The notes: generated by a model from the letters alone, not told the origin. A stretch of DNA of 64,000 nt from an uncultured Fibrobacteria bacterium (GCA_963716395.1 OY970309.1:3360001-3424000); one strand, 5' to 3'; shown: positions 28,678 through 39,411, counted from the stretch's first letter. Translations and numbers: made by a program.

Positions 28678-31600
28678 TCAGCGGTATTCTTCCGGCACCA
28701 GTTTTTTGTCGCCGCCGTGCTTCATGAACTGGCGGAAATATTGCTTGGCTTGATCCTTGTCATATTTATGCGCTGCAATGGTGGCGATGAAAAAATAGCC
28801 GCCGGGCTCGTCGGGACAATTGTTGATGGCCGTCCGGCTGCTTTGCTGCGAAGACTCGTAATTGCCCGCTAAGTACTGGACTTTGGCCGCGCTTAAATTT
28901 AAGTCGCACGAGTTCGGGTCTTTGGCCAACGCCTGTTTGATGGACTTCAGCGCATCCGTGGCGTGCCCTTCGATCATTAAGGCTTCGCTCAGCACGCCCA
29001 CCGCCTCGGTCTCATCGGGATTCAATTCCAACGCATGGCGGGCTTCTTTTTCGGCCAATTCGGTTTTGTGCTCGCGCATATAGACGCGGCTCAGCATGCC
29101 CGCCGCTTCGGGAGTTTCCTTGGCGAGCAGCGACTTGTGCAGATAGTTTTCGGTGGCTTCCAGTTCGTGTTTGGCATCGAAGCCCATGGCGATGCCCAAG
29201 AAGCCTTTGGCCTGCCACACGGGATTGCGGTTTACCGACAGCTCTTTGAAATAATCCTCGGCATCGGAGACTTCGTCCCGCTTGAGCAGGCACAAGCCGC
29301 TGTAATAGGCCGCGTCCTGCAAATCGTCGTTGTATTTCAACGCGCGACTGAAATCATTCTGCGCCTTGCGCCATTCGCGGCTTTCATACCAACTCATGCC
29401 GCGGCGATAGTAGTAATTGGCGTTGTATTCGCTTTTGTCGATGAGGCCATCGAGCAAGCTGCGCGCCTTATCCGGCTGGTGATCGGCAAGATAAACCTTG
29501 GCCAGGCTGAACTGAATGTTGCTGTCCTTGGGCGTGCTGGCGTTCTGCAGGACGGACATGGCTTCTTTCACATTCCCCAGCGAAAGCTGCAAATCCGCGA
29601 TCTTCGAGAGCACGGCCGGCGTGGGCGTTTGCGCGTACACGCTGTTGAACTGGGCCAGGGCCGCATCGCTGCGGCCGCCTTTCAACAGGCAATCGCCGTA
29701 CATCAATTTGCCGTCGGTCGAGAGAGAATTACGCGCCGCCTCCAGCACCGGAATCGCTTCATTGCAGGCGTCTTTGGCCACCAGCATGCGGGCCAGGGCC
29801 TCCGCGTATTCGCCGTTGCCCGGTGAAAGCTGAAAGGCCTTGCGGTAATGATCTTCGGCCACGCCCGGCTGATTGCGGTCTTCAGAAATTTGGCCCAGGC
29901 CGTATTGGGCCCAGGGGTTTTTCGGATCTTTCGCCAGCATTTGGTTGAGCAGGTTCTCGGCTTTGGCGGCGTCGCCTTCCTGCTGGTAAATGCGCGCCAG
30001 GCTCGCCAGCATGCGCGAATCCGTCACGCCTAAATCAAGGGCGCGTTGCAGGGCGTGTTTAGCTTCGGGGGTACGCTTGAGTTCCAATAACGAATATCCG
30101 TCATTGACCCAGGCCTGCTTGTCATCGGGCTTTTGCTGCAGCACGCGCCCGTACAGATCGGCCGCAGCGGAATAATTGCGTTCCTGAAAACGGATGTCGG
30201 CCAGGGCCGATCCGGCTTCCAGGTTGTCCGGGTCGACTTTAATCACGTCGGCATAGGCGGAGGGCAACTCCGCCGTCAGATGGAGATCGCGCGTCAACTC
30301 CATGCGATCGACGGCCAACTCCCGATTTTGCGGCTGCAATTTCAAGGCCCGTTTGTAAGCCTGAAGCGCGGGCATGGAGCGCTTCAGGGCGCGGTAGGCG
30401 TCGCCCAAGGACTGCCAGGCGTGCGCGCTGTCGGGGTAATGTGAGGTTCCGATTTCCAGCAGGCGTACGGCGCGCGGCCACTCCTTGCGGTCGGCCAGCA
30501 TCATGCCGAGCTGCAAATTGGCTTCCGGCTGTTCCGGATTCTGTTTCAAAATGAGGTTGTACTGCTCCTCGGCCTTTGGCGCGTTTCCGCCCGCGAGATA
30601 GAAGGCCGCCAATTCACTGCGGTAATCGAGATTGCGCCCGTGCAGAGCCAATAACCGTTCCAAGGTCCTGACAATACCGTCGGGTTGTTTGGCCTGTTTA
30701 TACAGGCCGTACAGTTTGACCAGCGCTTGATCATCCTTGGTCTTGGAATAATCGTTTTCATATACGGTGATGGCCTGCGATACATTACCCGTTTGCACAT
30801 AGGCGTCGGCCAGCATGGGCAAGGCATCGGGTTTGTAATTCTGGGCATGCTCCAGCGCCTGGGCCGCATGCTGCCAATCCTTGGCCGCGTACTCGATTTT
30901 TCCCAGATAATAGAAGCCTTCGGGTCCGCTGTTCTCTCCGGTGTAAGACTCGAGAATTTCCCGGGCCTGCTGGTTCTTGTGCTGGTCATAGAACAGAATG
31001 GCCAGTGGCAGGGATTTTTTGGCTTCGGAGGGGTAGCGGCGCAGCAAGTCCGGTCCGAGCAATGCGGCCCGATCGCGTTGCCCGGTTCTGAAATAGGCAT
31101 CGAGCAGCATGAACGACAACGACGCATCGAGCGTGTCGCGCAATTCGGGACGCGAAAGAATGCTTGCGGCTGCGGCCGGATCGTCGAGTTCGTCGTCCAG
31201 CCGCGCCAGCGAAACCGCATACGCGCGGTTGGAGGGCTTGAGCGCATACAGGGTTTGCATGCGCGCGCGGGCCGACTTCTTGTCGCTTTCGGCTTGGTAG
31301 ATGTCGTATAAGCCTTTGTTGATCGCCTCGTCGCGCGGCATGCGGCGATCGGCCTGCAAGAGCGGAGGCTTGGCCTTGGCCGTTTGCCCGGCATCAAGCA
31401 GCAGCAACCCGTATTCTTTTTGGAACTCGGCTTTCTGCGGAGCAAGGCTCACGGCACGCGTGTAATATTCGATGGCTTTGCCTTTATCCCCTTGTTGGCG
31501 AAAGGCGTCGGCGGCCGCGCCCGCAGCTTCGGCGTCTTTGGGCTGCAAATCCGAAATTCGGCCCAACGCCTCGGCGAGCTTGTCCGCATGGCGCTGCTTG

Positions 31601-34600
31601 CGATAGGCGTCGGCCAGCAAGGTCCAGGGGCGGAGATTATTCGGTTCGAGATCGGTCCAGCGCTGCAGCAGCGAAACCGCGGCATCGGTGCGGCCTAAGG
31701 TCATGCTGATTTCCGCGGCATTGCGCAAAGAAGGCAGATGCTGGTCGTTCTTGGCGAGAATTTTGTTGTACAAGTCCAATGCCGGTTGGGTGTTGCCCAG
31801 GGAAACGGCGTAATCGTATTCCACGTTTTCGTCGTCGGGAAAGGACGCATAGCCCTGTCGCAGCAACGCGCTGCGGTAAGGTGAATCGGTTTTCTTGGCA
31901 TAGGCGTAGGCCTTATCGAACAGGGCCCGGTTTTTTTTGTCGTGGTTCACGGCCTGGACATAGGCGGCGTTGGCATCCTTCGATCTTTTCAGCTTCGCGT
32001 ACACGTCGCCGGCCGCTTCGGCCCAACTGGGATCGGATTCGGTCAATTTGTCGATCCACGTGGTGTAACGTTTCAGCTTCTCGGCATCGCCCTGACGCAG
32101 GTAAATCTTGACCAGCGCCAGACGCCCGTCGCGAAAAGTCGGGTAGCGTTGCACCAACTGCTCCAACGGTTTCAGGCTACCGCCCCGGGCATAATCGACT
32201 TCGGCCGACTGGAATTTATCCGGCAACGGGGTATGCTTTTCCCGGTTCAGGCGTACCAGCGCCTCGACCAGGCGTGCGGTGTCTTGCAGGGTATCGGCCA
32301 AGTGCCGCATGGCCTCCAAAGTGGCCGGGTCGCCGCTGGTGCGCGCCACGTATTGATCGTATTGATCCAAGGCGCCTTTGTAATCCTTGGCTTTTTCTTT
32401 CTGTTGGGCCAGCAACAACTGGTAATTCTTGTATTTGGGATTGATGTCGACCAAGGCCTGCAGGGCCTGGAGGTATTCGGCCGGATTCCCGGCCTGCTTG
32501 GTGATGGTCACCATGCCTTCGCGCAATTCCAGGTTGGTGGAATCGGTTTGCAACCGCATCTGCACGATGCGGCGCGCCTTGGCGTATTGCCCGGCCCGCA
32601 GAAAGGACTGGGCCACCATGGGTTCGGTGGCGCCCAAGGTCGAATCGCCCTGCACCAGCCAGTTCCATTCCGTGGCCGCGCCGGGGTAATCGCCGTTGAG
32701 GAACAGCGATTCGGCCAGTTTGCGGCGTTCGCCTACACTGGGATTGTTGGCGCGCAGCAGTTTCCAGAGGGCCAAGGTGGCTTTGAGACCCGCCGGTGTG
32801 TGGATCGATGTGCCATAAGTGCGGGCATATTCCAGGTTCGAGGGATTGAAGGAATACGCTTTGGCGAAGGCTTCGGTGGCCGGAGCATCATGGAGCAATT
32901 TATTCTCCACCTGCCCCAGCTTGAACCACAAGGCTGCATCGCGGGGGCTGGTCTTGAGGGCGCGCTCCAGGATTTTCTCGGCATCCTCATAATCGCCGCG
33001 GTTGAAATAAACCTCGGACAGTTCGCGATCATAGCGGGCGCGGCCGGAGGCATCGAGAGCGGCCAGTTGCTCCAAGGCTTTCTGATAGACGTCTTCGCTG
33101 CCGGCTCGCCCCTGGGCGAGACTGTAGATCAGCCGCCAGGCTTCCAGTGATTTCGGATTGCGATCCGCAAAGGCCTGGGCATGGGCCAAGGCCGCGGTGC
33201 TGTCGCGGGCCTGTACGTCGAGGGCCGCCAGGCGCAGCAAATACGGAGATCCCGCGGCGGGATTTTCGCCCACCAGTCCCTCCATAGCCGTGCGCAATTC
33301 CGCCCCACCTTTCCCCTCGGCGAGCAAACATTCCACCTGCACCGTGCGGATTTTGAAGTCATCGGGGTGGGTCGTCACATACTTTGCAGCCAGGGATCCC
33401 GCCGCCGAATATTTTTTGGCTCCGTACAGGGCCAGGATGGCATCGCGATTGCCGACCAACAAATCGGGCTTCGCCGCGTACACGTCTTGCAAATAACGCG
33501 CGGCCATCGTCGGACTTTTCTTGGCTAGGTACGCGCGCGCCACCAGGTATTTCAACTCGGGCTTGGCCGTCGGGCTTTTCGCCCGGCGCTCCAGGATCGC
33601 GAGATACGACACGGCCTGGGCATCGGTGGTCACCACGTCGGGCAGCAATTCCAGGTAGGCGGAATTTTGCGGTTGCAATTTGAGGGCCTTGGAGAGATAC
33701 ACATACGCTTTTTCGGAATTCGAATCGGCCAAATAAATGCGGGCCAGTTGATAGTCGACCTGATGCGCCTTGGGCTCCGCATTCTCGACCTGCAACAGCA
33801 CTTGTTTCAGGTCTTCGCGATGCGTCGGTCCGCTTAACAGGGTTTCGAGCTTGCCAAGCACCGCGGCATTCTTGGGATCGAGGGCGATGAGCTGGGTATA
33901 AATTTTCGCCGCCTGGTCGTTTTGCCCCAAACCTTCATACGCCTGCGCCAAATGCAAGAGGGCGTCTTTGCGGTCGGGCTTGAGCGCCACGATTTTTTCC
34001 AAGGCCTTGACCTGATTGGGCTTGTTGCCTTGAGCCGAAGCCACTGCATAAGCCTGTTCCCATACCTTGACGTTGTCGGGTGACAGCAAGGCCCATTGCT
34101 CGATCCAGGTTTGTGCCTGCGGGTATTGATGCACCGCGACGGCAACCGATACGGCCTTGGACAGCAAGGCCGTATCGGCGCCCTGGTTGGCGATGAGATG
34201 CTGGTAGATGGGTATGGCCGCGGCGCCGTTGCCCAGGCTCGCCGCGTACTCGCGTTGCAACGCGTCATCATCGGGAAAGCTTGCGGATCCCAGCCGCAAG
34301 ATTTCTCCCAAAGTCGCAGAGCCGGTCGACCGGGCGAATTGATGCACCTTGTCATAAACGCTGCGGGTTTTGGGATTTGCTTGCAACCACTTCCAGTAGG
34401 CGGCATTGGCCGGACCGTTTTTCCGTTCCATGGCGTAGAGATCGCCTAAGGGTTGCAACAGGCTGGTATCCGTGCGCGCTTCGGATTCCAAAAACGGGAG
34501 ATAGGGGGCCAACTTCGCCTTTTCGCCCCGCTTCAGGTATTCGCGCACCAGGATTTGCTTGCCACGCTTCCATTCCGGATGCAGTCGCGATAGGCGCGCC

Positions 34601-37600
34601 ACCTCCGCGATGCCTCCGCCCCGGTCGTATTTGATTTCGGCGATTTGGAATTGATAGGTATGGCTGGCGCCTTTCTGGCTTGACAGGCGGGTCAAGGCGT
34701 CGAGCAGGCTCGTGGTGTCCTGCTCCTGCTCGGCCAGACGTCGCACCGATTCGGCGGCGGCCATGTCATGCGGATTCTGATCCGACCATTGGGCATATAG
34801 AGCGAGCGCGCCCTTGGTGTCTTTGGCTTTTTCTTTTTCCTGCGCCAACACGCGCACGTAATCCTTGTATTTCGGATTCACCTGCACGATGTGTTCCAGG
34901 GTTTTCAAATAGTCGTCGCGATCGCCGGTCTGCTGATCCAAAGCCGCCATGGCCTCCAGCAATTTCAGATTGTCGGGATCGCCTTGCAGCTGGAGAGTTA
35001 GAACGGTGCGCGCCTTCGCGGTTTGACCTGATTTCAAATACGCCTCACCCACCATGGGTTCGGAAGTGATGAGGCTGGAATCGGTTTTGACCAGGGCGTC
35101 CCATTGCAAAGCCGATTCGGCATAATTCCCGTTCAAGAACAGCGCTTGCGCGAATTTATGCAGTTCTTCGGAAGTGGGGTTTTGCTGGGAAAGAAAACGC
35201 CACAGAGACAAGGTGGTCTGTAGATCTGCGGGTTTGGTGACGGTTTGCCCATAGGCACGCGCATAGGCGGCGTTGAGGGGCTGCAGTTGGTACGCCTTGG
35301 CGAACTTTTCTGCGGCCGCGGCTTCTTTGCGCAACTTGAGTTCGGTTTCCCCCAAGCGATACCAAGCCGAGGCATCGGAGGGGGATTTCGCCAATGCCCG
35401 CGCCAGAGTTTTTCCCGCCTCGTCGTAATCGCCCGCCTGGAAATACAAATCGGCCAATTTGCGGTCATAGCGCGGACGCCCGGCCGCGTCGCCTTGCCAC
35501 AGATGCTCCAAGGCTTTGATTTGCAGGTCCTGCTGATCGGACTTGCCCTGCACCAGCGCATACAGAAGGCGCCAGCCTTCCAACGACTTGGGTTCCCTAT
35601 CGACCAAGGTGCTTAAGTGTCCCACGGCCGCGGCGGTGTCATGCGCCTGGAGATCCAAGCCGGCCAGGCGCGTGAGATATTGGCTGCCGGCCTCGGGATC
35701 GGCCTGGACCAAATTCTGCATGGCTTGGCGCAGCGTATCCCCGCCCTTTCCCAGGGCCTGATCAGCTTCGACTTCGACCCGCAGCATGTCTTTGTCGCCC
35801 GGATTGGCGGCCAGATATTGCCCGGCCAAATCCGCGGAGGCTTGGAATTTCCGTGCCTGGTGCAAAGCCAGCACGGCATCTTTATCGCCGGCGAGCAGTT
35901 TGGGCGACTTGGCGTATACATCGTCGAGATAACGGGCTGCAATCGCCGCATTTTTGCGCGCCAACAAAGCCTTGGCGATCAGAACCTCCAATTCGGGCTT
36001 GGTGCCGGGCTGTTGCGCGAGGCGCTCCAAGGCGGGTAGATGATCGTCGACTTCCGACTCCTGCGTCACCACGGCCGGAAGCAAAGACTGGTACTGCGCG
36101 TTGTCGGGCTGCTGCTTGAGCGCCCGGTTCAGGTATTGATAGGCCTTGCCCTGATCACTGTCGTCCAGCGCCATTTTCGCCAATTCGAACTCCACCGCAT
36201 GGGCCGTAGGATCGGCGGCATCGATGCGCAGCAAGGCGTCACGGCGTTGATCCTTGGGAGCGCCGGAGAATGCCGCCAGGACTTTGTCCTGCACCGCCTT
36301 GTCCTTGGGATCCAAATCCAGCGCCTTGAGATAGGCTTGCTGCGCCTTTTCCACCTCGTGGTTTTGGGTGTAAAGATCGGCCAGTTGCAGCTGCAGCGCC
36401 TTGTTGCTGGGATCCAAGGAGGCGGCGATTTCCAGGTACTTCACGGCATCGGCCGGACGATGCGCTTGCAGCATGAGTCGGGCCAGCTTCTCGTTGAAGG
36501 CTTTGTCGCCGGTATAATCGGCGGCCACGGCTTCGTACAAGGGAAGAGCGTCTTTAAGATCGCCGCGGCTTTCCTGCAATTGGGCCAATTGATATTTGAG
36601 GCGGTTGTCGTCGGGAGTCAGGGCGAGAAGCTGCTGGCGATACGTCACCGCCTGCGGCGAGGATTTGTCGACCAGACCGATGATTTCCGTAAGCAAGGTC
36701 ACGTCTTTCGGGGTCTTCTGCAATTGCATTTCCAACTTCGGCAACAGCTTGTCTTTGCGCAGGGGCTTGCGGTAGTAGTCGATGAGATAGGACAGCGCTT
36801 CATCCGCATCGGGATATTTGGCCAGGTAGGCTTCGTATTCGATCGCGGCCTTGGCCCGCTCTCCGGATTCGCTCAAGGCCCGGGCGTAATTTCCCCAGTC
36901 GACTTTGTTGTCGTGCAAATCGGGAACGCGGGCATAGTGGCGGGCGGCCTCGGGATATTTTTGCAAGGCGAAATAGGATCGTGCCATCAGCCGACTCGCC
37001 AAGGGCGAAGGCGTTTTCAATTTCTGGAATGACTGCAAAGCCAACGCGTAATTCCATTCGAAGTAATTCAGGATGCCTTCGGCTTCGATCCAGTGGGGAT
37101 TGGCAGTTTTGGATCTGCCGGAGGCCGACCGGGTTTCGATTTCGGAAATCAAAGCCGCGGTGTCGAAGGTGGCTGGTGCTTGTCTCAATACGGCATCGAT
37201 GTTCTGCGCGAACTTCCGATCCGCTACGGCTTTGGCCTGGGCGATACTGTCTTGGCGCGCTTTTTCGGCGGCTTTGACCGCAGCCACGCTGTCTCGACGC
37301 GCTTGGGCACGCGCTGCGGCTGCGAGTTTGGCTTTGGCCACACTGTCGGCGCGCACCTGGACCAAACTGTCGCGGCGTGCTTTGGCTTGGACCGCAGCTT
37401 GGGCTTCGGCTGCGGCGATGCTATCGCGGCGCGCCTTGGCGACCGCAGCGGCGGCAACCTTGGCCTGGGCAATGCTGTCTTGGCGTGCCTTCTCTGCAAC
37501 CTTGGCCGCGGCTACACTGTCGCGACGCGCTTGGGCGCGCGCGCTGGCGGCGAGTTTGGCTTTAGCCAAGCTATCGGCACGCACTTGAGCCAAGCTGTCG

Positions 37601-39411
37601 CGCCGTGCTTTGACGTGGGCCGCCACCTGGGCTTTGGCCGTGGCAATGCTATCCCGGCGCGCCTTGGCGATAGCAGCGGCGGCAACCTTGGCCTGGGCAA
37701 TGCTGTCTTGGCGTGCCTTCTCCGCAACCTTGGCCGCGGCTACGCTGTCGCGACGCGCTTGGGCACGCGCGCTGGCGGCGAGTTTGGCTTTGGCCAAGCT
37801 ATCCGCACGCACTTGAGCCAAGCTATCGCGCCGCGCCTTGGCCTGGGCGACGCTGTCGGCTTGGGCTTTGGCCGCAATGACACTGTCTGCATGGGCTTTT
37901 GCGGCTGCTGCTTTCGCCTCAGCTTGTAATTTCGCCTGGGCCGCCTGTGCTGCGGCTACGCTGTCTTGTCGTGCTTTCTGTTGTGCGGCCTTGGCCTGGG
38001 CGATACTGTCGGCTTGGGCTTTGGCAGAGGCCACGCTGTCGGCATGCGCTTTGGAAGCCGCGACTTTCGCTTCGGCTTGTGACTTCGCCTGGGCCGCCTG
38101 TGCTGCGGCTACGCTGTCTTGACGGGCTTTTCGCTCTGCGGCTTTAGCCTGGGCAATGCTGTCGGCTTGAGTTTTGGCTGCGGCGACGCTATCGGCATGC
38201 GCTTTGGAAGCCGCGGCTTTCGCTTCGGCTTGTGACTTCGCCTGGGCCGCCTGTGCTGCGGCTACGCTGTCTTGACGGGTTTTTTGCTCTGCGGCTTTAG
38301 CCTGGGCAATGCTGTCGGCTTGAGTTTTGGCTGCGGCGAGGCTATCGGCGTGCGCTTTGGAAGCCGCGGCTTTTGCCTCGGCTTGTGACTTCGCCTGGGC
38401 CGCCTGTGCTGCGGCTACGCTGTCTTGACGGGTTTTTTGCTCTGCGGCTTTAGCCTGGGCAGTGCTGTCGGCTTGGGCTTTGGCGGCGGCCACGCTATCG
38501 GCATGCGCTTGGGAGGCCGCGGCTTGCGATTTCGCCTGGGCCGCTTGCGCCGCCGCGATGGTGTCGAGATGCGCCTTTTCGGTTTTGGCATTATTGGTTT
38601 TGGTGGCTGCGGATGCGGGCGTAGCTTCGGCCGGCACGGCGGCCAAGGCGTTCATGGTTTGAGTCAACTTCGCTCTGTCGTCGGCGCTGTTGGAGTAGAG
38701 AATGGCCTTTTGATAGGCCTGCTTGGCTTCGGGAATGTTTCGGTTTCCGGCCAGTGCCTGAGCCAAGCCTTTCCAGTTTTCCGCCGACTCGGGATCTTTT
38801 TTAACCAATTCTTGATAAACCGGAATGGCGCGATCGTATTTTTTGAAGGCCAGATAATGACGCCCCAGCTTGACGTCGAGGGAAGGATCGGCATTGGGCT
38901 GCTTGCGGAGCGTCTCCAGCAGATCCGCATAATCGGCGGGATATTTACGCGTTCCCAACTGTTCCAGCAAAGCCATATATTTGATCCCAATCACGGGATC
39001 GCTGGGGTTTAGTTTGAAGAGCGCGCGCAGTACCGGCTCCTCGGCGTCTTTAAGGTTGGCGCCCTCCAAAGCGCTTTGATAGCCGAGCAAAACGGCGTAG
39101 TTGTCGGGTTGCAACTGCGCCGCTTGATGGTAGGGATCGACCGCTTTGGCGAATTGACCGTTTTCGATATAGCAGGACCCGAGTTTGGCCCAGGCATCGG
39201 CAAAATTCGGTTTGGCCGCCACGGCCTTTTGCAAATTCGCAATGGCGTCGTTGATGTTCCCGTCCTGGTCCTGATCCTGCGCGGCCTGATAGAGGCTATC
39301 GGCGGTATCTGCAAGGACCGCCGCCGGCAGCAGCGCGCTGCAAATCAAGGCGCACACGGCCAGCCGTCGCAGTAGGCGGGAACGCGCATTTACGGACGCG
39401 ATGCGTTGCAT
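28678..39411 (-). CDS. Giant (~3,580 aa) exported tetratricopeptide-repeat protein with Ala-rich helical repeats
   Basis: Uninterrupted ORF, GGAG RBS, Sec signal ending AVLA-D, dozens of TPR motifs such as A...Y.KAL.L.P.N. Confidence 0.9.
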   Translation of the reverse strand: MQRIASVNARSRLLRRLAVCALICSALLPAAVLADTADSLYQAAQDQDQDGNINDAIANLQKAVAAKPNFADAWAKLGSCYIENGQFAKAVDPYHQAAQLQPDNYAVLLGYQSALEGANLKDAEEPVLRALFKLNPSDPVIGIKYMALLEQLGTRKYPADYADLLETLRKQPNADPSLDVKLGRHYLAFKKYDRAIPVYQELVKKDPESAENWKGLAQALAGNRNIPEAKQAYQKAILYSNSADDRAKLTQTMNALAAVPAEATPASAATKTNNAKTEKAHLDTIAAAQAAQAKSQAAASQAHADSVAAAKAQADSTAQAKAAEQKTRQDSVAAAQAAQAKSQAEAKAAASKAHADSLAAAKTQADSIAQAKAAEQKTRQDSVAAAQAAQAKSQAEAKAAASKAHADSVAAAKTQADSIAQAKAAERKARQDSVAAAQAAQAKSQAEAKVAASKAHADSVASAKAQADSIAQAKAAQQKARQDSVAAAQAAQAKLQAEAKAAAAKAHADSVIAAKAQADSVAQAKARRDSLAQVRADSLAKAKLAASARAQARRDSVAAAKVAEKARQDSIAQAKVAAAAIAKARRDSIATAKAQVAAHVKARRDSLAQVRADSLAKAKLAASARAQARRDSVAAAKVAEKARQDSIAQAKVAAAAVAKARRDSIAAAEAQAAVQAKARRDSLVQVRADSVAKAKLAAAARAQARRDSVAAVKAAEKARQDSIAQAKAVADRKFAQNIDAVLRQAPATFDTAALISEIETRSASGRSKTANPHWIEAEGILNYFEWNYALALQSFQKLKTPSPLASRLMARSYFALQKYPEAARHYARVPDLHDNKVDWGNYARALSESGERAKAAIEYEAYLAKYPDADEALSYLIDYYRKPLRKDKLLPKLEMQLQKTPKDVTLLTEIIGLVDKSSPQAVTYRQQLLALTPDDNRLKYQLAQLQESRGDLKDALPLYEAVAADYTGDKAFNEKLARLMLQAHRPADAVKYLEIAASLDPSNKALQLQLADLYTQNHEVEKAQQAYLKALDLDPKDKAVQDKVLAAFSGAPKDQRRDALLRIDAADPTAHAVEFELAKMALDDSDQGKAYQYLNRALKQQPDNAQYQSLLPAVVTQESEVDDHLPALERLAQQPGTKPELEVLIAKALLARKNAAIAARYLDDVYAKSPKLLAGDKDAVLALHQARKFQASADLAGQYLAANPGDKDMLRVEVEADQALGKGGDTLRQAMQNLVQADPEAGSQYLTRLAGLDLQAHDTAAAVGHLSTLVDREPKSLEGWRLLYALVQGKSDQQDLQIKALEHLWQGDAAGRPRYDRKLADLYFQAGDYDEAGKTLARALAKSPSDASAWYRLGETELKLRKEAAAAEKFAKAYQLQPLNAAYARAYGQTVTKPADLQTTLSLWRFLSQQNPTSEELHKFAQALFLNGNYAESALQWDALVKTDSSLITSEPMVGEAYLKSGQTAKARTVLTLQLQGDPDNLKLLEAMAALDQQTGDRDDYLKTLEHIVQVNPKYKDYVRVLAQEKEKAKDTKGALALYAQWSDQNPHDMAAAESVRRLAEQEQDTTSLLDALTRLSSQKGASHTYQFQIAEIKYDRGGGIAEVARLSRLHPEWKRGKQILVREYLKRGEKAKLAPYLPFLESEARTDTSLLQPLGDLYAMERKNGPANAAYWKWLQANPKTRSVYDKVHQFARSTGSATLGEILRLGSASFPDDDALQREYAASLGNGAAAIPIYQHLIANQGADTALLSKAVSVAVAVHQYPQAQTWIEQWALLSPDNVKVWEQAYAVASAQGNKPNQVKALEKIVALKPDRKDALLHLAQAYEGLGQNDQAAKIYTQLIALDPKNAAVLGKLETLLSGPTHREDLKQVLLQVENAEPKAHQVDYQLARIYLADSNSEKAYVYLSKALKLQPQNSAYLELLPDVVTTDAQAVSYLAILERRAKSPTAKPELKYLVARAYLAKKSPTMAARYLQDVYAAKPDLLVGNRDAILALYGAKKYSAAGSLAAKYVTTHPDDFKIRTVQVECLLAEGKGGAELRTAMEGLVGENPAAGSPYLLRLAALDVQARDSTAALAHAQAFADRNPKSLEAWRLIYSLAQGRAGSEDVYQKALEQLAALDASGRARYDRELSEVYFNRGDYEDAEKILERALKTSPRDAALWFKLGQVENKLLHDAPATEAFAKAYSFNPSNLEYARTYGTSIHTPAGLKATLALWKLLRANNPSVGERRKLAESLFLNGDYPGAATEWNWLVQGDSTLGATEPMVAQSFLRAGQYAKARRIVQMRLQTDSTNLELREGMVTITKQAGNPAEYLQALQALVDINPKYKNYQLLLAQQKEKAKDYKGALDQYDQYVARTSGDPATLEAMRHLADTLQDTARLVEALVRLNREKHTPLPDKFQSAEVDYARGGSLKPLEQLVQRYPTFRDGRLALVKIYLRQGDAEKLKRYTTWIDKLTESDPSWAEAAGDVYAKLKRSKDANAAYVQAVNHDKKNRALFDKAYAYAKKTDSPYRSALLRQGYASFPDDENVEYDYAVSLGNTQPALDLYNKILAKNDQHLPSLRNAAEISMTLGRTDAAVSLLQRWTDLEPNNLRPWTLLADAYRKQRHADKLAEALGRISDLQPKDAEAAGAAADAFRQQGDKGKAIEYYTRAVSLAPQKAEFQKEYGLLLLDAGQTAKAKPPLLQADRRMPRDEAINKGLYDIYQAESDKKSARARMQTLYALKPSNRAYAVSLARLDDELDDPAAAASILSRPELRDTLDASLSFMLLDAYFRTGQRDRAALLGPDLLRRYPSEAKKSLPLAILFYDQHKNQQAREILESYTGENSGPEGFYYLGKIEYAAKDWQHAAQALEHAQNYKPDALPMLADAYVQTGNVSQAITVYENDYSKTKDDQALVKLYGLYKQAKQPDGIVRTLERLLALHGRNLDYRSELAAFYLAGGNAPKAEEQYNLILKQNPEQPEANLQLGMMLADRKEWPRAVRLLEIGTSHYPDSAHAWQSLGDAYRALKRSMPALQAYKRALKLQPQNRELAVDRMELTRDLHLTAELPSAYADVIKVDPDNLEAGSALADIRFQERNYSAAADLYGRVLQQKPDDKQAWVNDGYSLLELKRTPEAKHALQRALDLGVTDSRMLASLARIYQQEGDAAKAENLLNQMLAKDPKNPWAQYGLGQISEDRNQPGVAEDHYRKAFQLSPGNGEYAEALARMLVAKDACNEAIPVLEAARNSLSTDGKLMYGDCLLKGGRSDAALAQFNSVYAQTPTPAVLSKIADLQLSLGNVKEAMSVLQNASTPKDSNIQFSLAKVYLADHQPDKARSLLDGLIDKSEYNANYYYRRGMSWYESREWRKAQNDFSRALKYNDDLQDAAYYSGLCLLKRDEVSDAEDYFKELSVNRNPVWQAKGFLGIAMGFDAKHELEATENYLHKSLLAKETPEAAGMLSRVYMREHKTELAEKEARHALELNPDETEAVGVLSEALMIEGHATDALKSIKQALAKDPNSCDLNLSAAKVQYLAGNYESSQQSSRTAINNCPDEPGGYFFIATIAAHKYDKDQAKQYFRQFMKHGGDKKLVPEEYR
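31525..36400 (-). repeat. Internal tandem duplication of ~812 aa (2,436 nt) within the TPR protein
   Basis: Three anchor pairs (KAYQYLNRALK/KAYVYLSKALK, LFLNGNY/LFLNGDY, NPKYKDY/NPKYKNY) are each offset by 2,436 nt; boundaries approximate. Confidence 0.8.
37230..37841 (-). repeat. Coding tandem repeat, 228-nt (76-aa) unit, ~3 copies
   Basis: The C(G/T)CGACGCGCTTGGGC anchor begins at 37293, 37521 and 37749. Confidence 0.85.
37842..38560 (-). repeat. Coding tandem repeat, 153-nt (51-aa) unit, ~4.5 copies
   Basis: TGCGCTT(T/G)GG recurs at 38045, 38198, 38351 and 38504; unit AQAAQAKSQAEAKAAASKAHADSVAAAKTQADSIAQAKAAEQKTRQDSVAA. Confidence 0.88.

Noticed and set aside
37225-38575. Tandem repeats as a CRISPR array or mobile repeat
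   Set aside because: Units are 153 and 228 nt, in frame, vary mostly at synonymous positions and have no unique spacers; no cas genes present
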